Below are positions 27,825-37,955 of a stretch of 64,000 bases of DNA, piece by piece. Within the stretch, counting starts at the first letter, position 1. Every line of letters begins with the position of its first letter. Source of the DNA: a virus. The position numbers and the translations under genes are program-made. The notes below the pieces were generated by a model that was not told the origin of the DNA, ran no database searches, and was given only the letters and a program-made list of their open reading frames with translations. Location of the stretch: positions 1 through 64,000 of IMG/VR virus record IMGVR_UViG_3300032053_000041. One strand, written 5' to 3'.

Positions 27825-28946
27825 ATGTCGAGATACGGCACGATCCTTGGCGGCTCAGCCAACGCGGTGTCCTTCATCGTTCAGGGCGCGACACCGGAAG
27901 CCCTGCTCGCCGCGTCTGGAGTGGCCTGGCTCGCGACGTTCGGGCCACTGCAGGATCCGGTCATCACGTCGATCGCGCTCACGGGCGCGGGCGACGGGCA
28001 CATGTTCTTCCTGGAGGTCCAGGGCACGTCAGGCGTCAATGCAGAGGGCGGCCTCGATGCCACCACGATCAGCGCCCAGGGGTTCATTGGAGCGGAGGCC
28101 GAGGTACTGACGAAGGCACTTCAGGCTGTGCAGAACGCATCCCCTATCGTGGATGTGCAGATCGCGGGCTCCGCGAAGGGACAGAGGGTGCTCGGAATCG
28201 TGATCTCGGGGACGCTGCTCGGGGGCGGGGGCGGAGGAGGGTTCAACTACCCGAACCGGGTGGACTGTTCCGTGAACTCTGCCCACGTGCAGGATCCGTA
28301 CGACGCTACCCCTGTGCTGCACGCGCAATCGGGAGGGAACGTCGCTGGCGGCTATAACGGCGGCGGAGTCGGAAACAAGACCATCCTCGGCTACCGCGTT
28401 GGCGACTTGCTGCCTCTCTCGCAGCTGGTCAGCGTCGAATACACGTGGCTCGATCTGAATCCGGCGACGAGTGGGCTGCCTGTCTACGCCAACTTCGTCA
28501 TCGCCTTAAACGGTCTTCTTGGCTCCGCGATCTACAAGATCGGAGTCATCGATCCGGCATCCCCGGCAGCGCTCGCCAACGGATCCACGGTCGTTAACCC
28601 TGACGGATCTCGTACGACCACGTGGCTTGCCGCCAGTATGAACCTGCTTCTCGTGAACGCCCTGGCCTCTCCTGGCTTCGCGGTCGGTCCTCCGTTCGTT
28701 GCTCCTACCGTGTCTCTTGCTCCGTTGCCACCGGCAGGAAACTGGCCGAGCAACAGCTACTCGCTCGCGGCCATCCTGGCTGCATACCCCGGAGCGACGC
28801 TTGCGGAGGCGTCGAGCCTCGACGGGGGGCTCCCCAAGGCCCCGAACAAAACGCCGGCCTTCATGCTGGTCACCGGAGACTCGACCAACCAGATCATTAG
28901 AGCCTTCAAGCTCTCGGACGTGAAGTTCAACGGGGTCCGCGTATGA
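27825..28946 (+). CDS. GGGDGHTF-family domain (paralog 2) + Gly linker + C-terminal beta domain
   Basis: [14 protein letters not shown] ... [14 protein letters not shown], then GGGGGG. Confidence 0.75.
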   Translation: MSRYGTILGGSANAVSFIVQGATPEALLAASGVAWLATFGPLQDPVITSIALTGAGDGHMFFLEVQGTSGVNAEGGLDATTISAQGFIGAEAEVLTKALQAVQNASPIVDVQIAGSAKGQRVLGIVISGTLLGGGGGGGFNYPNRVDCSVNSAHVQDPYDATPVLHAQSGGNVAGGYNGGGVGNKTILGYRVGDLLPLSQLVSVEYTWLDLNPATSGLPVYANFVIALNGLLGSAIYKIGVIDPASPAALANGSTVVNPDGSRTTTWLAASMNLLLVNALASPGFAVGPPFVAPTVSLAPLPPAGNWPSNSYSLAAILAAYPGATLAEASSLDGGLPKAPNKTPAFMLVTGDSTNQIIRAFKLSDVKFNGVRV

Positions 28947-29125
28947 GCTACACGCCGGTCACGAACAACCCGATCGACGACACCACGCCGGAGCCAACAA
29001 TGGGCCCTACGTCTGCGCGCCCGTTGTTCCCTGCGGTGACGCAGATGTACTTCGACACGACGCTGGACGAACCGATCTGGTGGAACGGATCCGGTTGGAT
29101 CAACGCGATGGGAGCCTCGGTATGA
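28943..29125 (+). CDS. small fibre-associated protein
   Basis: GPTSARP...[20 protein letters not shown], a motif typical of phage fibre/spike repeats. Confidence 0.6.
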   Translation: MSYTPVTNNPIDDTTPEPTMGPTSARPLFPAVTQMYFDTTLDEPIWWNGSGWINAMGASV

Positions 29126-29730
29126 CCGTTCGTGACAAGACCGGGACATCTGGCCGCGGCACGCCGCGCGTGCCGCCGGCCGGCGGTGGCGGTCCGCCTG
29201 GGCCGCAGGGGCCGCAGGGACCGCAGGGAGACGTCGGGCCGCAGGGACCGCAGGGAGACGTCGGGCCGCAGGGACCGCAGGGAGACGTCGGGCCGCAGGG
29301 ACCGCAGGGAGACGTCGGGCCGCAGGGACCGCAGGGACCGCAGGGAGCCTCGAACGGGTTTATCTTCTGGGGCGCTGGCACCCTCGCTCTCACCGCGGTG
29401 ACACGCTTCCTGCGTCCCGGCTACCAGAGCGGGCTCGCTCCGACGACCAGCGTTCGCATGCCCATCACGCGAGCGGGCACGCTGCAACGGTTGTTCGTTC
29501 GCTGCCGCGTCGCTGGAGCGGGAGTGAACAACATCACCTACACCGTGCTCCTGAACGGAGTGGCCACTACGCTTGCCGTGTCAATGCTGCCGACTGCCGT
29601 GTCCGCGTCGAACGTCGTGAACACGGTAGCCGTGGCTGCTGGAGACTTCGTCGAGCTTCAAGTCACGAAGGCCGGCGTCATCGTCACGACTCCGACAGAC
29701 GTCGAAGTCGCCTTTGAGGAGGCCGCCTAA
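29122..29730 (+). CDS. collagen-like fibre protein
   Basis: (GPQGPQGDV)n followed by a beta head. Confidence 0.8.
   Translation: MTVRDKTGTSGRGTPRVPPAGGGGPPGPQGPQGPQGDVGPQGPQGDVGPQGPQGDVGPQGPQGDVGPQGPQGPQGASNGFIFWGAGTLALTAVTRFLRPGYQSGLAPTTSVRMPITRAGTLQRLFVRCRVAGAGVNNITYTVLLNGVATTLAVSMLPTAVSASNVVNTVAVAAGDFVELQVTKAGVIVTTPTDVEVAFEEAA
29200..29345 (+). repeat. 27-bp tandem repeat encoding collagen Gly-X-Y
   Basis: GGGCCGCAGGGACCGCAGGGAGACGTC units. Confidence 0.9.
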
Positions 29731-30788
29731 TGGGAACGCATCGCTTTCAGCTGGACAGCATCAACGCGACCGAGGTCGGCAACCTCTCCGAGCCGGGACT
29801 CGTGGCGACATCGCTTGCTGCGCGTCCGCAGATCGACGTCACGCTCGCGAACGATGCGTTCCTGCCGGATCTGACAGAGGCGATGGCTCAGTTCGGGTAC
29901 TCGTTCGTCGCGAGCGCTCCGACGACGCCTCGTGCGACGTCGAACCTGCTCGTGGACATGAGCGACCCAGGCGCGACCACCACGGTCGCTCCGGCTGGCA
30001 CGATGCGAGCACGATACGACAACACGCAGAAGGCGCTCGTCATGTCCGTGGACGGCGGAGCGTACTTCCCGCTCGGGGTGAACCCCCCGAACGGGGCGAG
30101 CTTCTTCGAGGACTTCCTTTCGTCCAACGGCACCGTGTTCGGGAACACGAACTGGATCAGCGTCATCAGCGGTACCGGTTCCGCCGTTACTGTGGGCCCC
30201 GGAGTCGCCCCAGCGGTGATCGACGGGGCCCACCAAGGAATACTACTACTGAACACTGGCACTACCGCCACTGGTCGTGCCGCCGCGAGGCAAGCCGCTG
30301 CGGCTGCGCCGTGCTACTCCAACGTCGCCGCAGCCGGCGGAAACACCCGGATAGAGTTTCTCGTGTCGCGGGTTGATGCACTGTCCGACGGTGTTAATAA
30401 CTACGCGACCATGTTCGGGTGGTCCGACGCTGCCACTACCGGGTTCGGGGCCAACTGTGCGCTGCTGTGCCACGATCCGGCAACCAGTCTGACCAACTGG
30501 GTAGTCAAGACTCTCGGTGGTGGATCGCCTGTCACGGCGGCTACGGCAATCCCCATCTCGGCCGCTGGAGCATGGGACAAGCTCACGATCGACATCTCGG
30601 CATCTCTCGGGGTGAGGTACTTTGTGAACGGGGTGCTCGCCGCGACGCATGCTCTCACGGCCGCTCCGCCCTCCGCCGCTACTCCGTGGACTCCAATCGC
30701 CAAGATCGAGAAGTCATTGGCCCTCCTCGCCCGCCGCGTGGCCGTTGATTATTCCTCCTGGAGCTTCAGACTTTCAGCTGCGAGGTGA
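29730..30788 (+). CDS. fibre/spike protein with lectin-like beta-sandwich C-terminus
   Basis: FFEDF...WDKLTIDI...VRYFVNGVLAATH...VDY. Confidence 0.65.
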   Translation: MGTHRFQLDSINATEVGNLSEPGLVATSLAARPQIDVTLANDAFLPDLTEAMAQFGYSFVASAPTTPRATSNLLVDMSDPGATTTVAPAGTMRARYDNTQKALVMSVDGGAYFPLGVNPPNGASFFEDFLSSNGTVFGNTNWISVISGTGSAVTVGPGVAPAVIDGAHQGILLLNTGTTATGRAAARQAAAAAPCYSNVAAAGGNTRIEFLVSRVDALSDGVNNYATMFGWSDAATTGFGANCALLCHDPATSLTNWVVKTLGGGSPVTAATAIPISAAGAWDKLTIDISASLGVRYFVNGVLAATHALTAAPPSAATPWTPIAKIEKSLALLARRVAVDYSSWSFRLSAAR

Positions 30789-30790
30789 AC

Positions 30791-31096
30791 ATGTCGCTGA
30801 TCTATCTTTCCGCAATCAAGATCCGAGCCGATGGCTCAACCATCAGGTCCGACAACTGCACGGGTTCACGCACGGGTCTTGGTGAGTACACGATCGACCT
30901 CGGTAGTGACATGGGCCCAGAGGAGGCGCTCTTCGTGGTGCAGCCGATGAACGGCTCCATTCTCGACTATCTGTTCCACCAGACGACGCTGCAACCAGAT
31001 GGGAGCACCGTCATCGTCAAGTTCTCGGCCCCGGCCGGCTTCGCGCTCGACAGCGCGTTCGGGCTCATCGCATACAAGTTTCAGGACGATCTGTGA
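30791..31096 (+). CDS. small beta protein (fibre-tip-like), paralog of next gene
   Basis: IRADGSTIRSDN..GSRTGLGEYTID. Confidence 0.6.
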   Translation: MSLIYLSAIKIRADGSTIRSDNCTGSRTGLGEYTIDLGSDMGPEEALFVVQPMNGSILDYLFHQTTLQPDGSTVIVKFSAPAGFALDSAFGLIAYKFQDDL

Positions 31097-31404
31097 TCTC
31101 CCTCTGGTGCGCCTGCAAGGCCGATCCTGCCGGGAACATTCTCGCGAGCGAGAACGTCGTCGGTGTGACCCAATCCGGGACCGGTATCTACCGCGTCCAG
31201 ATGGTGAACTCCCTCGGTCCGTACGAGTGCAGCGCGGGGGCCGTGCCCTGGTACGTCGTTCCGTCGGCGGTCCCGATGGTGCGCTTCGTCTGCGGCGTGG
31301 ACCCCGCTTTCCCCGACATCATCATCGTGAACGGCTTCGCCGGGATCCCTCCGGTCGCGTCAGACGGCCCGTTCGACCTCATCGTGTGGAGGTTCGCCCC
31401 GTGA
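31093..31404 (+). CDS. small beta protein (fibre-tip-like)
   Basis: ADPAGNILASENVVGVTQSGTGIYRVQ. Confidence 0.6.
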   Translation: MISLWCACKADPAGNILASENVVGVTQSGTGIYRVQMVNSLGPYECSAGAVPWYVVPSAVPMVRFVCGVDPAFPDIIIVNGFAGIPPVASDGPFDLIVWRFAP

Positions 31405-33008
31405 GCGTGAGGCGAGCGCCTAGACGACTTCGTCGGAATGTGCCGGAGGGGATGCACGTCTGGTTCCTGGAGGGGAGGTACGACGATCACGACTTCACGG
31501 GGTACATCCTCACGAAAGAGGACTCGCGCTACTGGGAGGTGACCGACGAAGCGAAGAACTGGAGCGTGGGGAGAACAAACTCGCGGGGCGAGGTGATCTC
31601 TCCTCCGCACCACCCGCCAGTCCCTTGGTACCGAGCCGCGCGAGTGGAGCCGGGGGACGAGAGGTACCCGGCCTACGCGGAGGAACTGATCCCTGGACGA
31701 GTCAGGATCGCGACATGGGAATGGAGGATCAGGCCGTCAGAAACTCGCCCCGAATACCGATCAGCCACGGAAGGAGGGAGATACAAGAGTCTGCTCGCCG
31801 GACAGTTTCTCGGGATCGTCGTGAACCCGAAGCTGCTGAAGCCAGCGCTGGCCGTAATGCAGCACGACAGCCACGTGCACATCCTCCGCATGGACCGGGC
31901 AGGGTTCCCGGACGAAGGTAACGGGAGCTACCAGCACGGTTGCTATGACGACTTCAGCAGCGCGGGCTACGGCTGGCCTTGCGACGTATCGGGATGCGTG
32001 CGGGTACACACCGCTCAGGGCGTGAGGACGAAAGGCGCCGCCTACGGCACGGCTCTCTACACGTCGCTGGTGCTCGGGGCACACCTGCAGATCATGCCAG
32101 GGGAGTACGAATCGGACTGCGTCTCATCCGGCGACATCGACGGTGTCGGCCGCTCGACAGAGGCTCAGAAGTGGTGGCGAGACAACTCGCCCCCGTTCCG
32201 CAACTACGCCGAAGCGCACAAGCACGAGGGAGACACCGACGGCGGCGGCGACGACGGCGACGAAGAATGGGAACAGGTCGCGGAAAACGAAGTGGATCTA
32301 GTGGGCCAACTCGGGCAGCACGTGGTCGGTAGGATCGTCGAACCGGAGGAGGACGCGGACCTGGATGATCTGGATCTCACCGAAGAACTGAAGCGGTTCG
32401 TTCTAGGTAAACACGTTGGCGATTGGGACGACGAGGTGACATATGTAAACACCATCCGTGTCGACGTGGCTGTCAAGGAAGACCCCCACGGCGATCGGCA
32501 CTTCAAGGTCGTGAAGGCGCGAGAGATCAACGTCGACTTGCGCGGCTCGCGCCCGCCCGAGAGCGAGCACGGCTCTTACGGGGCCACGGGCAAGTACAAC
32601 ATCCTGCGGTACAGCGCCGCGCTGCGCTCCGGTCTGATCATCGCCGCGGCGGCGCCGGACACAGAACTTTGCGAGGTCGCCCCCGCCGATCTATGGAAGG
32701 AGATCCTGGAGGACCGCATCCAGATCGACGAGGCGTACCTGGAGCCGATCCTCGGGCTCGACGTGCGTGATCTTCCTGTCGAGTCGATCCACCTGCTCGG
32801 CGTCATCGCGCAGGAGGCGGGGGCCACCAACGAGCAGCTGGCTCAGCTACGTCTCCGATGGGAACTCGGGCTCGATCCGAACGTAGCGGTACGGCAGCTG
32901 CAGCTGCTCCCGAATCAGTCCCGATCCAAGGCTACGGCCGCGCTCGCGGAAGCGGCGGAAGCTCGGGAGAAGTTCGGCTGGGCCCGCTGGGAGAACGACG
33001 ATGGCTAG
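31401..33008 (+). CDS. GNAT-like NPKL/LGLDVR-family protein (paralog 2)
   Basis: GIVVNPKL, GAAYGTALY, RSTEAQKWW, ILGLDVR, LRLRWE; GTG start coupled to the previous stop. Confidence 0.75.
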   Translation: MSVRRAPRRLRRNVPEGMHVWFLEGRYDDHDFTGYILTKEDSRYWEVTDEAKNWSVGRTNSRGEVISPPHHPPVPWYRAARVEPGDERYPAYAEELIPGRVRIATWEWRIRPSETRPEYRSATEGGRYKSLLAGQFLGIVVNPKLLKPALAVMQHDSHVHILRMDRAGFPDEGNGSYQHGCYDDFSSAGYGWPCDVSGCVRVHTAQGVRTKGAAYGTALYTSLVLGAHLQIMPGEYESDCVSSGDIDGVGRSTEAQKWWRDNSPPFRNYAEAHKHEGDTDGGGDDGDEEWEQVAENEVDLVGQLGQHVVGRIVEPEEDADLDDLDLTEELKRFVLGKHVGDWDDEVTYVNTIRVDVAVKEDPHGDRHFKVVKAREINVDLRGSRPPESEHGSYGATGKYNILRYSAALRSGLIIAAAAPDTELCEVAPADLWKEILEDRIQIDEAYLEPILGLDVRDLPVESIHLLGVIAQEAGATNEQLAQLRLRWELGLDPNVAVRQLQLLPNQSRSKATAALAEAAEAREKFGWARWENDDG

Positions 33009-34359
33009 CAGGAAGCGCGCAGGCGGGTGGTTCTGGTACCTGATGGGACACGACCCGGATCATCACCCCATCGCTGGCATAGCTAAGACCGCCGCGCGTG
33101 CTACGCGCATGTCCTTGCTGGACAGAATCAACAAGGAGTTCAAGAGCCGCAAGCCCCCGATCGTCTGGACCGATGCGATCCTGCTCGAACACATCCCTGC
33201 GAAAGACGCGGCAACCGCAGAGGGCCTGAACGTCGGTGACGTCGCGATCACGAAGTACGAGTGGCGGCTCACCGCGCCATCGGCGGTGCGCAGAGGGGAG
33301 TCGTTCGGTGCTGGTGTCCCCACTGGTGTGCCAAAGTTTTTCGGGGAAGCGATCGGTGCGTCGCTCGGGATCGTCGTGAACCCGAAGCTGATGAAGCCAG
33401 CCATCGTGGTGAACTACACAATGCCGCGCGTGGCGGTCTACCGGATGGACAGGGCGGACTATCCGTACGAAGGAGAAGGCTGGTACGAGAACGGTTGCTT
33501 CAACGACCTTGCCGGAGAGCGCGGCGACGGCGGCTACTACGAGGAAGAGTACGGGGGAGGCTACTACGAGCAGCGAGACGGAGAGGAAGAAGAGAGCGAG
33601 TACGAGGGGAACAGGCAGGGAGCAACTCCGGGGCACATGTGGACGTGTCACGAGAGCCACTGCGTGCGCGTGCACACCGCCGCGGGTGTGACGAAGGATG
33701 AAAAGAGCAAGGGATGGGGCGTGGCCCTGTACACGGGACTGCTGCTCGGCGCTCACTTCAACTCGGTGCTGGAGATCGAGGACGACATCGCGAATTGCAT
33801 CTCCTCCGGGGAAGTCGTCGGGATGAGGCGCCCGGACGCTGGCAGATCCGACGACGCGGCTGCCTGGTGGGACAGGCAGAACCGTCGGGGGCTGACTGAG
33901 AGGAGCGTGAAAACGAGGCGCATCTCCAGCAGGAAAGAAGTGAAGATCATCGTCGACACATACAGCTACGACTCCGCGATCGACAACGGCATGGTGATCG
34001 CGACTCTGGGCGGCGCAGTCGAGAGGCTCGATCCGGAGTACCTGTGGCAGCGAGCCAGGGACGGCGAGTTAGAAACCGACGACATCTCCCTCGGCGCGAT
34101 CCTCGGGCTCGACGTACGTGATCTTCCCCTCGACACGATGAATCTCCTCGGGATACTGGCCGAGAAGGGGGGAGCGACGGCGGAGCAGCTTGACCATCTG
34201 CGCCTCCGCTGGGAACTGGGCCTCGATCCGAACGCCGCCGTCCGACAGCTGCGCCTTCTGCCGAATCCTGCGCGCCGAGACGCGGAGGTAGCCGTCGCCG
34301 AGGCACAGGAAGCGCGAGATAGATTCGGTTGGTCGCGGTGGGCGGACGACGTAGACTAG
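33001..34359 (+). CDS. GNAT-like NPKL/LGLDVR-family protein (paralog 3)
   Basis: GIVVNPKL, KSKGWGVALY, RSDDAAAWW, ILGLDVR, LRLRWE. Confidence 0.8.
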   Translation: MASRKRAGGWFWYLMGHDPDHHPIAGIAKTAARATRMSLLDRINKEFKSRKPPIVWTDAILLEHIPAKDAATAEGLNVGDVAITKYEWRLTAPSAVRRGESFGAGVPTGVPKFFGEAIGASLGIVVNPKLMKPAIVVNYTMPRVAVYRMDRADYPYEGEGWYENGCFNDLAGERGDGGYYEEEYGGGYYEQRDGEEEESEYEGNRQGATPGHMWTCHESHCVRVHTAAGVTKDEKSKGWGVALYTGLLLGAHFNSVLEIEDDIANCISSGEVVGMRRPDAGRSDDAAAWWDRQNRRGLTERSVKTRRISSRKEVKIIVDTYSYDSAIDNGMVIATLGGAVERLDPEYLWQRARDGELETDDISLGAILGLDVRDLPLDTMNLLGILAEKGGATAEQLDHLRLRWELGLDPNAAVRQLRLLPNPARRDAEVAVAEAQEARDRFGWSRWADDVD

Positions 34360-34402
34360 CTCGGCTAACCGGGGTATTCTCCGCGCGGTAAGGAGCACCA
34401 TC

Positions 34403-34897
34403 ATGTCGATCAGCACATTCGTTCTCTCTCCGCCGGGCTTCACACAGAACACGATCACTCGCTTCGTGCAGTCGTCCGAGCCGGGGGACATCGAAGCCGG
34501 TATCGCTGCGGCGGTGGCCGAGATCGTGGCGCTGAACGTGACGATCACGCCCCCGGATGAGAAGTACGGCATCGCCGCGGTGGATCTCGCCGGTGGCGGC
34601 GACGGCCACACGTTCGTGGCGCAGATCACGTTCACGACGAACCAGGCGAACTTCCTCTACGGCGTGGTGCTCGGAGCCTCGATACCGTCGTTCATTCTCT
34701 CGACGGTGCATGCCGGCGCGTACCTGGCGTCGGACAAGGACGCGCTCGCTATCGCACAGCAGGCCACATACGACCGGATGCGGGCTTTCGATCCGGGTCC
34801 GGGCAAGCAGTACACCGTCATCGCGAACTCGTTCGCTGGCGCAGCGAAGGGCACCCGCTTCATGGGGCTCGTGGTCGGCTTCGAGGGGACTCCCTGA
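34403..34897 (+). CDS. GGGDGHTF-family protein (paralog 3)
   Basis: LAGGGDGHTFVAQI ... FAGAAKGTRFMGLV. Confidence 0.8.
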   Translation: MSISTFVLSPPGFTQNTITRFVQSSEPGDIEAGIAAAVAEIVALNVTITPPDEKYGIAAVDLAGGGDGHTFVAQITFTTNQANFLYGVVLGASIPSFILSTVHAGAYLASDKDALAIAQQATYDRMRAFDPGPGKQYTVIANSFAGAAKGTRFMGLVVGFEGTP

Positions 34898-34899
34898 TC

Positions 34900-35349
34900 A
34901 TGGCGACGACGAGGGGGAACGCCCAAGATGCGAGGTACTACGTGTGGGAGATGTCTGTTCGCGACCGGAAGCAGCCGCTCCGTCAGGTGAACAAGTCGCC
35001 GCTCTTGCTGGAGAAGGCGAAGCAGCTGGCTCGCATCGGCGCGCAGAAGGGAAAGCACGATCGCGCGGTGACGACGAGCCCGACGTCGCCGAAGGGCTTC
35101 CGGATCGTGGCGCAGTACGCGGCCGGGGCCGGCAAGGACGTCGCCATCATGTACCGACGCGGCTCGGGCGGCGGCACGCGGCGCAAGAAGGTCGCTCGGG
35201 AGAACGCTTCCTCGGAGGACAGCGCGCCGGATCCGGTGAGAGGCGTCACACTGACCGAGGAGGAGTTCGTCGTTCAGGAAGCCGTACCCAGCGAACCCGA
35301 GGAGCCGGAAACCGAATCGCACCGACATGTGTCGGCTGACGAGGTGTAG
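34900..35349 (+). CDS. basic/acidic bipartite hypothetical protein
   Basis: Basic N-terminal half, acidic tail. Confidence 0.6.
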   Translation: MATTRGNAQDARYYVWEMSVRDRKQPLRQVNKSPLLLEKAKQLARIGAQKGKHDRAVTTSPTSPKGFRIVAQYAAGAGKDVAIMYRRGSGGGTRRKKVARENASSEDSAPDPVRGVTLTEEEFVVQEAVPSEPEEPETESHRHVSADEV

Positions 35350-35352
35350 CTC

Positions 35353-35862
35353 GTGACGAAGGGCCTCACGCCCTGGATGGAGCAGAAGGTCGCCGACCTT
35401 CTCGCGTACGGCAGAAGCATCGGCATCGAGGCTCGCGTCTCCGAGGGCTTCAGGACGTGCGCCAGGCAGAACGCCATCTACGCGGGCGGGAGCAGCACCG
35501 CGACGGGCGTGAGTGGATGCCATTCCTGGCACGTCTGGGGCCGCGCCGCGGACCTGCTCATCGACGGCGGTACCCGCGCCGACTACGCAGCCCTGGCGGC
35601 CGAATGGAAGCGCTGGGGCGGGATTTGGGGCGGGGACTGGACCTCCCCCGCGGACGACTGGGGTCACTTCGAGTGGCACCCGGACATCCCGGACATCCAC
35701 GACCTGTGCCCCCGCGGCGCGGGCGCGGAGGCATGTCCTGACCCGAACGAGCCCTGGCCCGAAGACCGGCCTCTGTGGGCGCGTCCGGGGGTCAGGCTCC
35801 TCGGAGGAGCCCTCCTGGCGGCCGGCGGCATGTACCTGGCATATTCCCTCGTGAGACGGTAG
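35353..35862 (+). CDS. M15-family (L-Ala-D-Glu) peptidoglycan peptidase with C-terminal TM anchor
   Basis: EGFRT..RQ, SWHVWGRAADL (SxHxxGxAxD), WGGDW, DWGHFE. Confidence 0.85.
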   Translation: MTKGLTPWMEQKVADLLAYGRSIGIEARVSEGFRTCARQNAIYAGGSSTATGVSGCHSWHVWGRAADLLIDGGTRADYAALAAEWKRWGGIWGGDWTSPADDWGHFEWHPDIPDIHDLCPRGAGAEACPDPNEPWPEDRPLWARPGVRLLGGALLAAGGMYLAYSLVRR

Positions 35863-35949
35863 GCTCCTGGGGTTCCCGCCGCGCCTCTGCCGGTGGGGAG
35901 TCTCGTCACATGCCCGCGCCTCGGCCGGGAGGAAAAGGAAGCCACAGCC

Positions 35950-36393
35950 ATGTTCATCCCGTCAACCACGCTCGTAGACACTGAAACGAACCGTTACGAC
36001 TACCTCCAGGCCACCGAGGCGTCCGTCATGGAGGACTTGTTCACAAAGTACATCGCAGCGCTGGACGCTGCGAACAATGTACCGAGCAATCCGCAGCTGG
36101 GCATCCTCGACGTCGACATCGCGGGCGGCGGCGACGGCCACACGTTCGTGCTTCGCATTCTGGTGTCGGAGGCCGTGAGCATGGCTGGCTGGTCGGTCGC
36201 CCAACTGCCGAATGTGAACGGCAGATTCTGGATGGGCTCCGATGCGGAAGCGTTGGAGGCGTACCAGGAGGCGGCGATTGCCTCGCTGCTCGCGATCACC
36301 GGAGTGGCAACCAATGTCGCTGTCGGCACCGCTGGCGCAGCGAAGGGCACGCGCTTCATGGCGTTCATCGCCGCTGTCTCGCCCCCCCAGTGA
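35950..36393 (+). CDS. GGGDGHTF-family protein (paralog 4)
   Basis: IAGGGDGHTFVLRI ... TAGAAKGTRFMAFI. Confidence 0.8.
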   Translation: MFIPSTTLVDTETNRYDYLQATEASVMEDLFTKYIAALDAANNVPSNPQLGILDVDIAGGGDGHTFVLRILVSEAVSMAGWSVAQLPNVNGRFWMGSDAEALEAYQEAAIASLLAITGVATNVAVGTAGAAKGTRFMAFIAAVSPPQ

Positions 36394-36423
36394 TCTGAAC
36401 AGAAAGAAAAAGGAAACAAGAAC

Positions 36424-37311
36424 ATGAACTACGGAATCATCACGAACCCAAGCGCCGCTCAGGTCCAAGCCGTTCAGAGCGCCGATCCGACGGATCTGCA
36501 GAATCTCGTCAACGCCGCCCTCTTGGCGGTCGTCTTCCCGTCCGCCATCACAAACATCACGCTTGCCGGTGGCGGCGACGGACACACGTTCGTCGTTCTC
36601 ATCGAGTCAGCGCCGCTTGGTGCCGCTCAAGGAGGGCTACCTGGCAGTGTTTTTGGCTTTGCTGGAGCCCAAGTGCGCTGCTACCTGGCTGGCACAGGCG
36701 AGGATCTGGAGGTGGCTAAAGCTGCGTCCGGCTTGCCTGCTCCCATTCCGGCATTTCCGCCGAATGGACCGATCCCCTACGTGCTGTCCGACGAGCAGGT
36801 CGCCGGGAGCAGCAAGGGCACTCGCTTCATGGGCATGACGGTGTTCGCCGCGTCGAGCCTGCCTATTCCTTTGGGTGCGCCGATCGCGCAGGCGACACTG
36901 ACCAACGGCGCGCTCGTCGCTGGCGATAACTTTCTCAATCTCGCCTTCGTGCCGACTCCGCCAAGCAACGGTTTCTTCATCCCCCTGCCTGGAGTTTTGC
37001 AGTACGTTGGAGGCGTCGCCATCGAAGCCCTCGCAGATGTGAGCGTCGTCGTTACGGGCACCGGCGTACTCCCGGCACTGGTGAGCGTCCAACTCGTGCA
37101 GGATCCGCTCACTACCGCCGTCGTGCTGGCGACCGAAACGGTCCAGCTATTCTCTGCAGCTGACAACGAGGAAGCCGTTTCGTTCCCGTCGCTCGCTTTT
37201 CTGCAGCCCGCCGGCATATCGCCTGCCTCCTCGACACTCGGTGTCCGAATCCAGGCACCGGCGGGCTTCGCGGGCACCGCGAGCGGCTACCTGCGCGTCG
37301 CGGCTCGGTAG
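36424..37311 (+). CDS. GGGDGHTF-family domain (paralog 5) + C-terminal beta domain
   Basis: LAGGGDGHTFVVLI ... VAGSSKGTRFMGMT. Confidence 0.8.
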   Translation: MNYGIITNPSAAQVQAVQSADPTDLQNLVNAALLAVVFPSAITNITLAGGGDGHTFVVLIESAPLGAAQGGLPGSVFGFAGAQVRCYLAGTGEDLEVAKAASGLPAPIPAFPPNGPIPYVLSDEQVAGSSKGTRFMGMTVFAASSLPIPLGAPIAQATLTNGALVAGDNFLNLAFVPTPPSNGFFIPLPGVLQYVGGVAIEALADVSVVVTGTGVLPALVSVQLVQDPLTTAVVLATETVQLFSAADNEEAVSFPSLAFLQPAGISPASSTLGVRIQAPAGFAGTASGYLRVAAR

Positions 37312-37312
37312 T

Positions 37313-37383
37313 AAAAAGCGTCGCCCGCTCATCTCTGACCCAACCGAGAGGGGGATCCGGTCGGGCCAGGGAGCGGGCGACGC
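37313..37383 (-). terminator. hairpin between convergent genes, U-tract on minus strand
   Basis: GCGTCGCCCGCTC (37318-37330) / GAGCGGGCGACGC (37371-37383) next to A5; loop is long. Confidence 0.5.
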
Positions 37384-37392
37384 CTCAGTGTA

Positions 37393-37722
37393 CTACGGAA
37401 GCCGGAGCGACAGCCACACGTCGCGATTGACGAGCCCAGCAAGGTCAAGAGCGAGGACCCCGTCCTTCTTCGCTGACGTGACCGGCACCAGCACCTGCTG
37501 CCCGTAGAAGTCCTTCAGCACGATCACTTCGGCCTCCGGGTGTACGCCCACGACGCGGCATCGGAGCCCCACCACTTCACGGGAGACACGGGCGTGCCTG
37601 ACTCGCGAGACGTGAGGTCGAATCACCGAGACCGTCACCACCTCGCGCCCCCGGCGAACGGGGACCTTTCGCTTCTTGGCGGCGGGACGCTTCTGGGGCT
37701 TCCGGGGGCGGGCTGTCGTCAC
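37393..37722 (-). CDS. hypothetical basic protein
   Basis: Coupled to the RHH gene, AAGGAG RBS. Confidence 0.55.
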   Translation of the reverse strand: MTTARPRKPQKRPAAKKRKVPVRRGREVVTVSVIRPHVSRVRHARVSREVVGLRCRVVGVHPEAEVIVLKDFYGQQVLVPVTSAKKDGVLALDLAGLVNRDVWLSLRLP

Positions 37723-37916
37723 GGTCGCTTCTCCTTGGCCTGCTCGATCAGGGAGATCACCGTACCCTGCATGCCACCCGTCGCGCCACTCGCGATCCTG
37801 ACTGCTGCCATGCGCCGGAGCTTCTCGTAGAGGTCTGGGGGCAGCCGGAGGAAGACGCCTCTGCGTCCACGGGACATACCCTTGACGGGCGACTTCTTCT
37901 TGGCTGCTGATGGCAC
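37719..37916 (-). CDS. Arc/RHH-like regulator
   Basis: GVFLRLPPDLYEKLRRMA; start uncertain (37916 GTG or 37877 ATG). Confidence 0.65.
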   Translation of the reverse strand: MPSAAKKKSPVKGMSRGRRGVFLRLPPDLYEKLRRMAAVRIASGATGGMQGTVISLIEQAKEKRP

Positions 37917-37923
37917 GTGCCGG

Positions 37924-37952
37924 AGGCTAGCAGAGCTAGCCGAGCTAGCCAA
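37924..37952 (-). promoter_or_regulatory. promoter/operator with three GCTAGC boxes at 9-bp period
   Basis: GCTAGC at 37926, 37935, 37944; TTGGCT-N17-TAGCCT on the minus strand. Confidence 0.55.
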
Positions 37953-37955
37953 GGG

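Noticed and set aside
29200-29345. Tandem repeat as CRISPR or regulatory array
   Set aside because: No spacers; fully explained by collagen Gly-X-Y coding.
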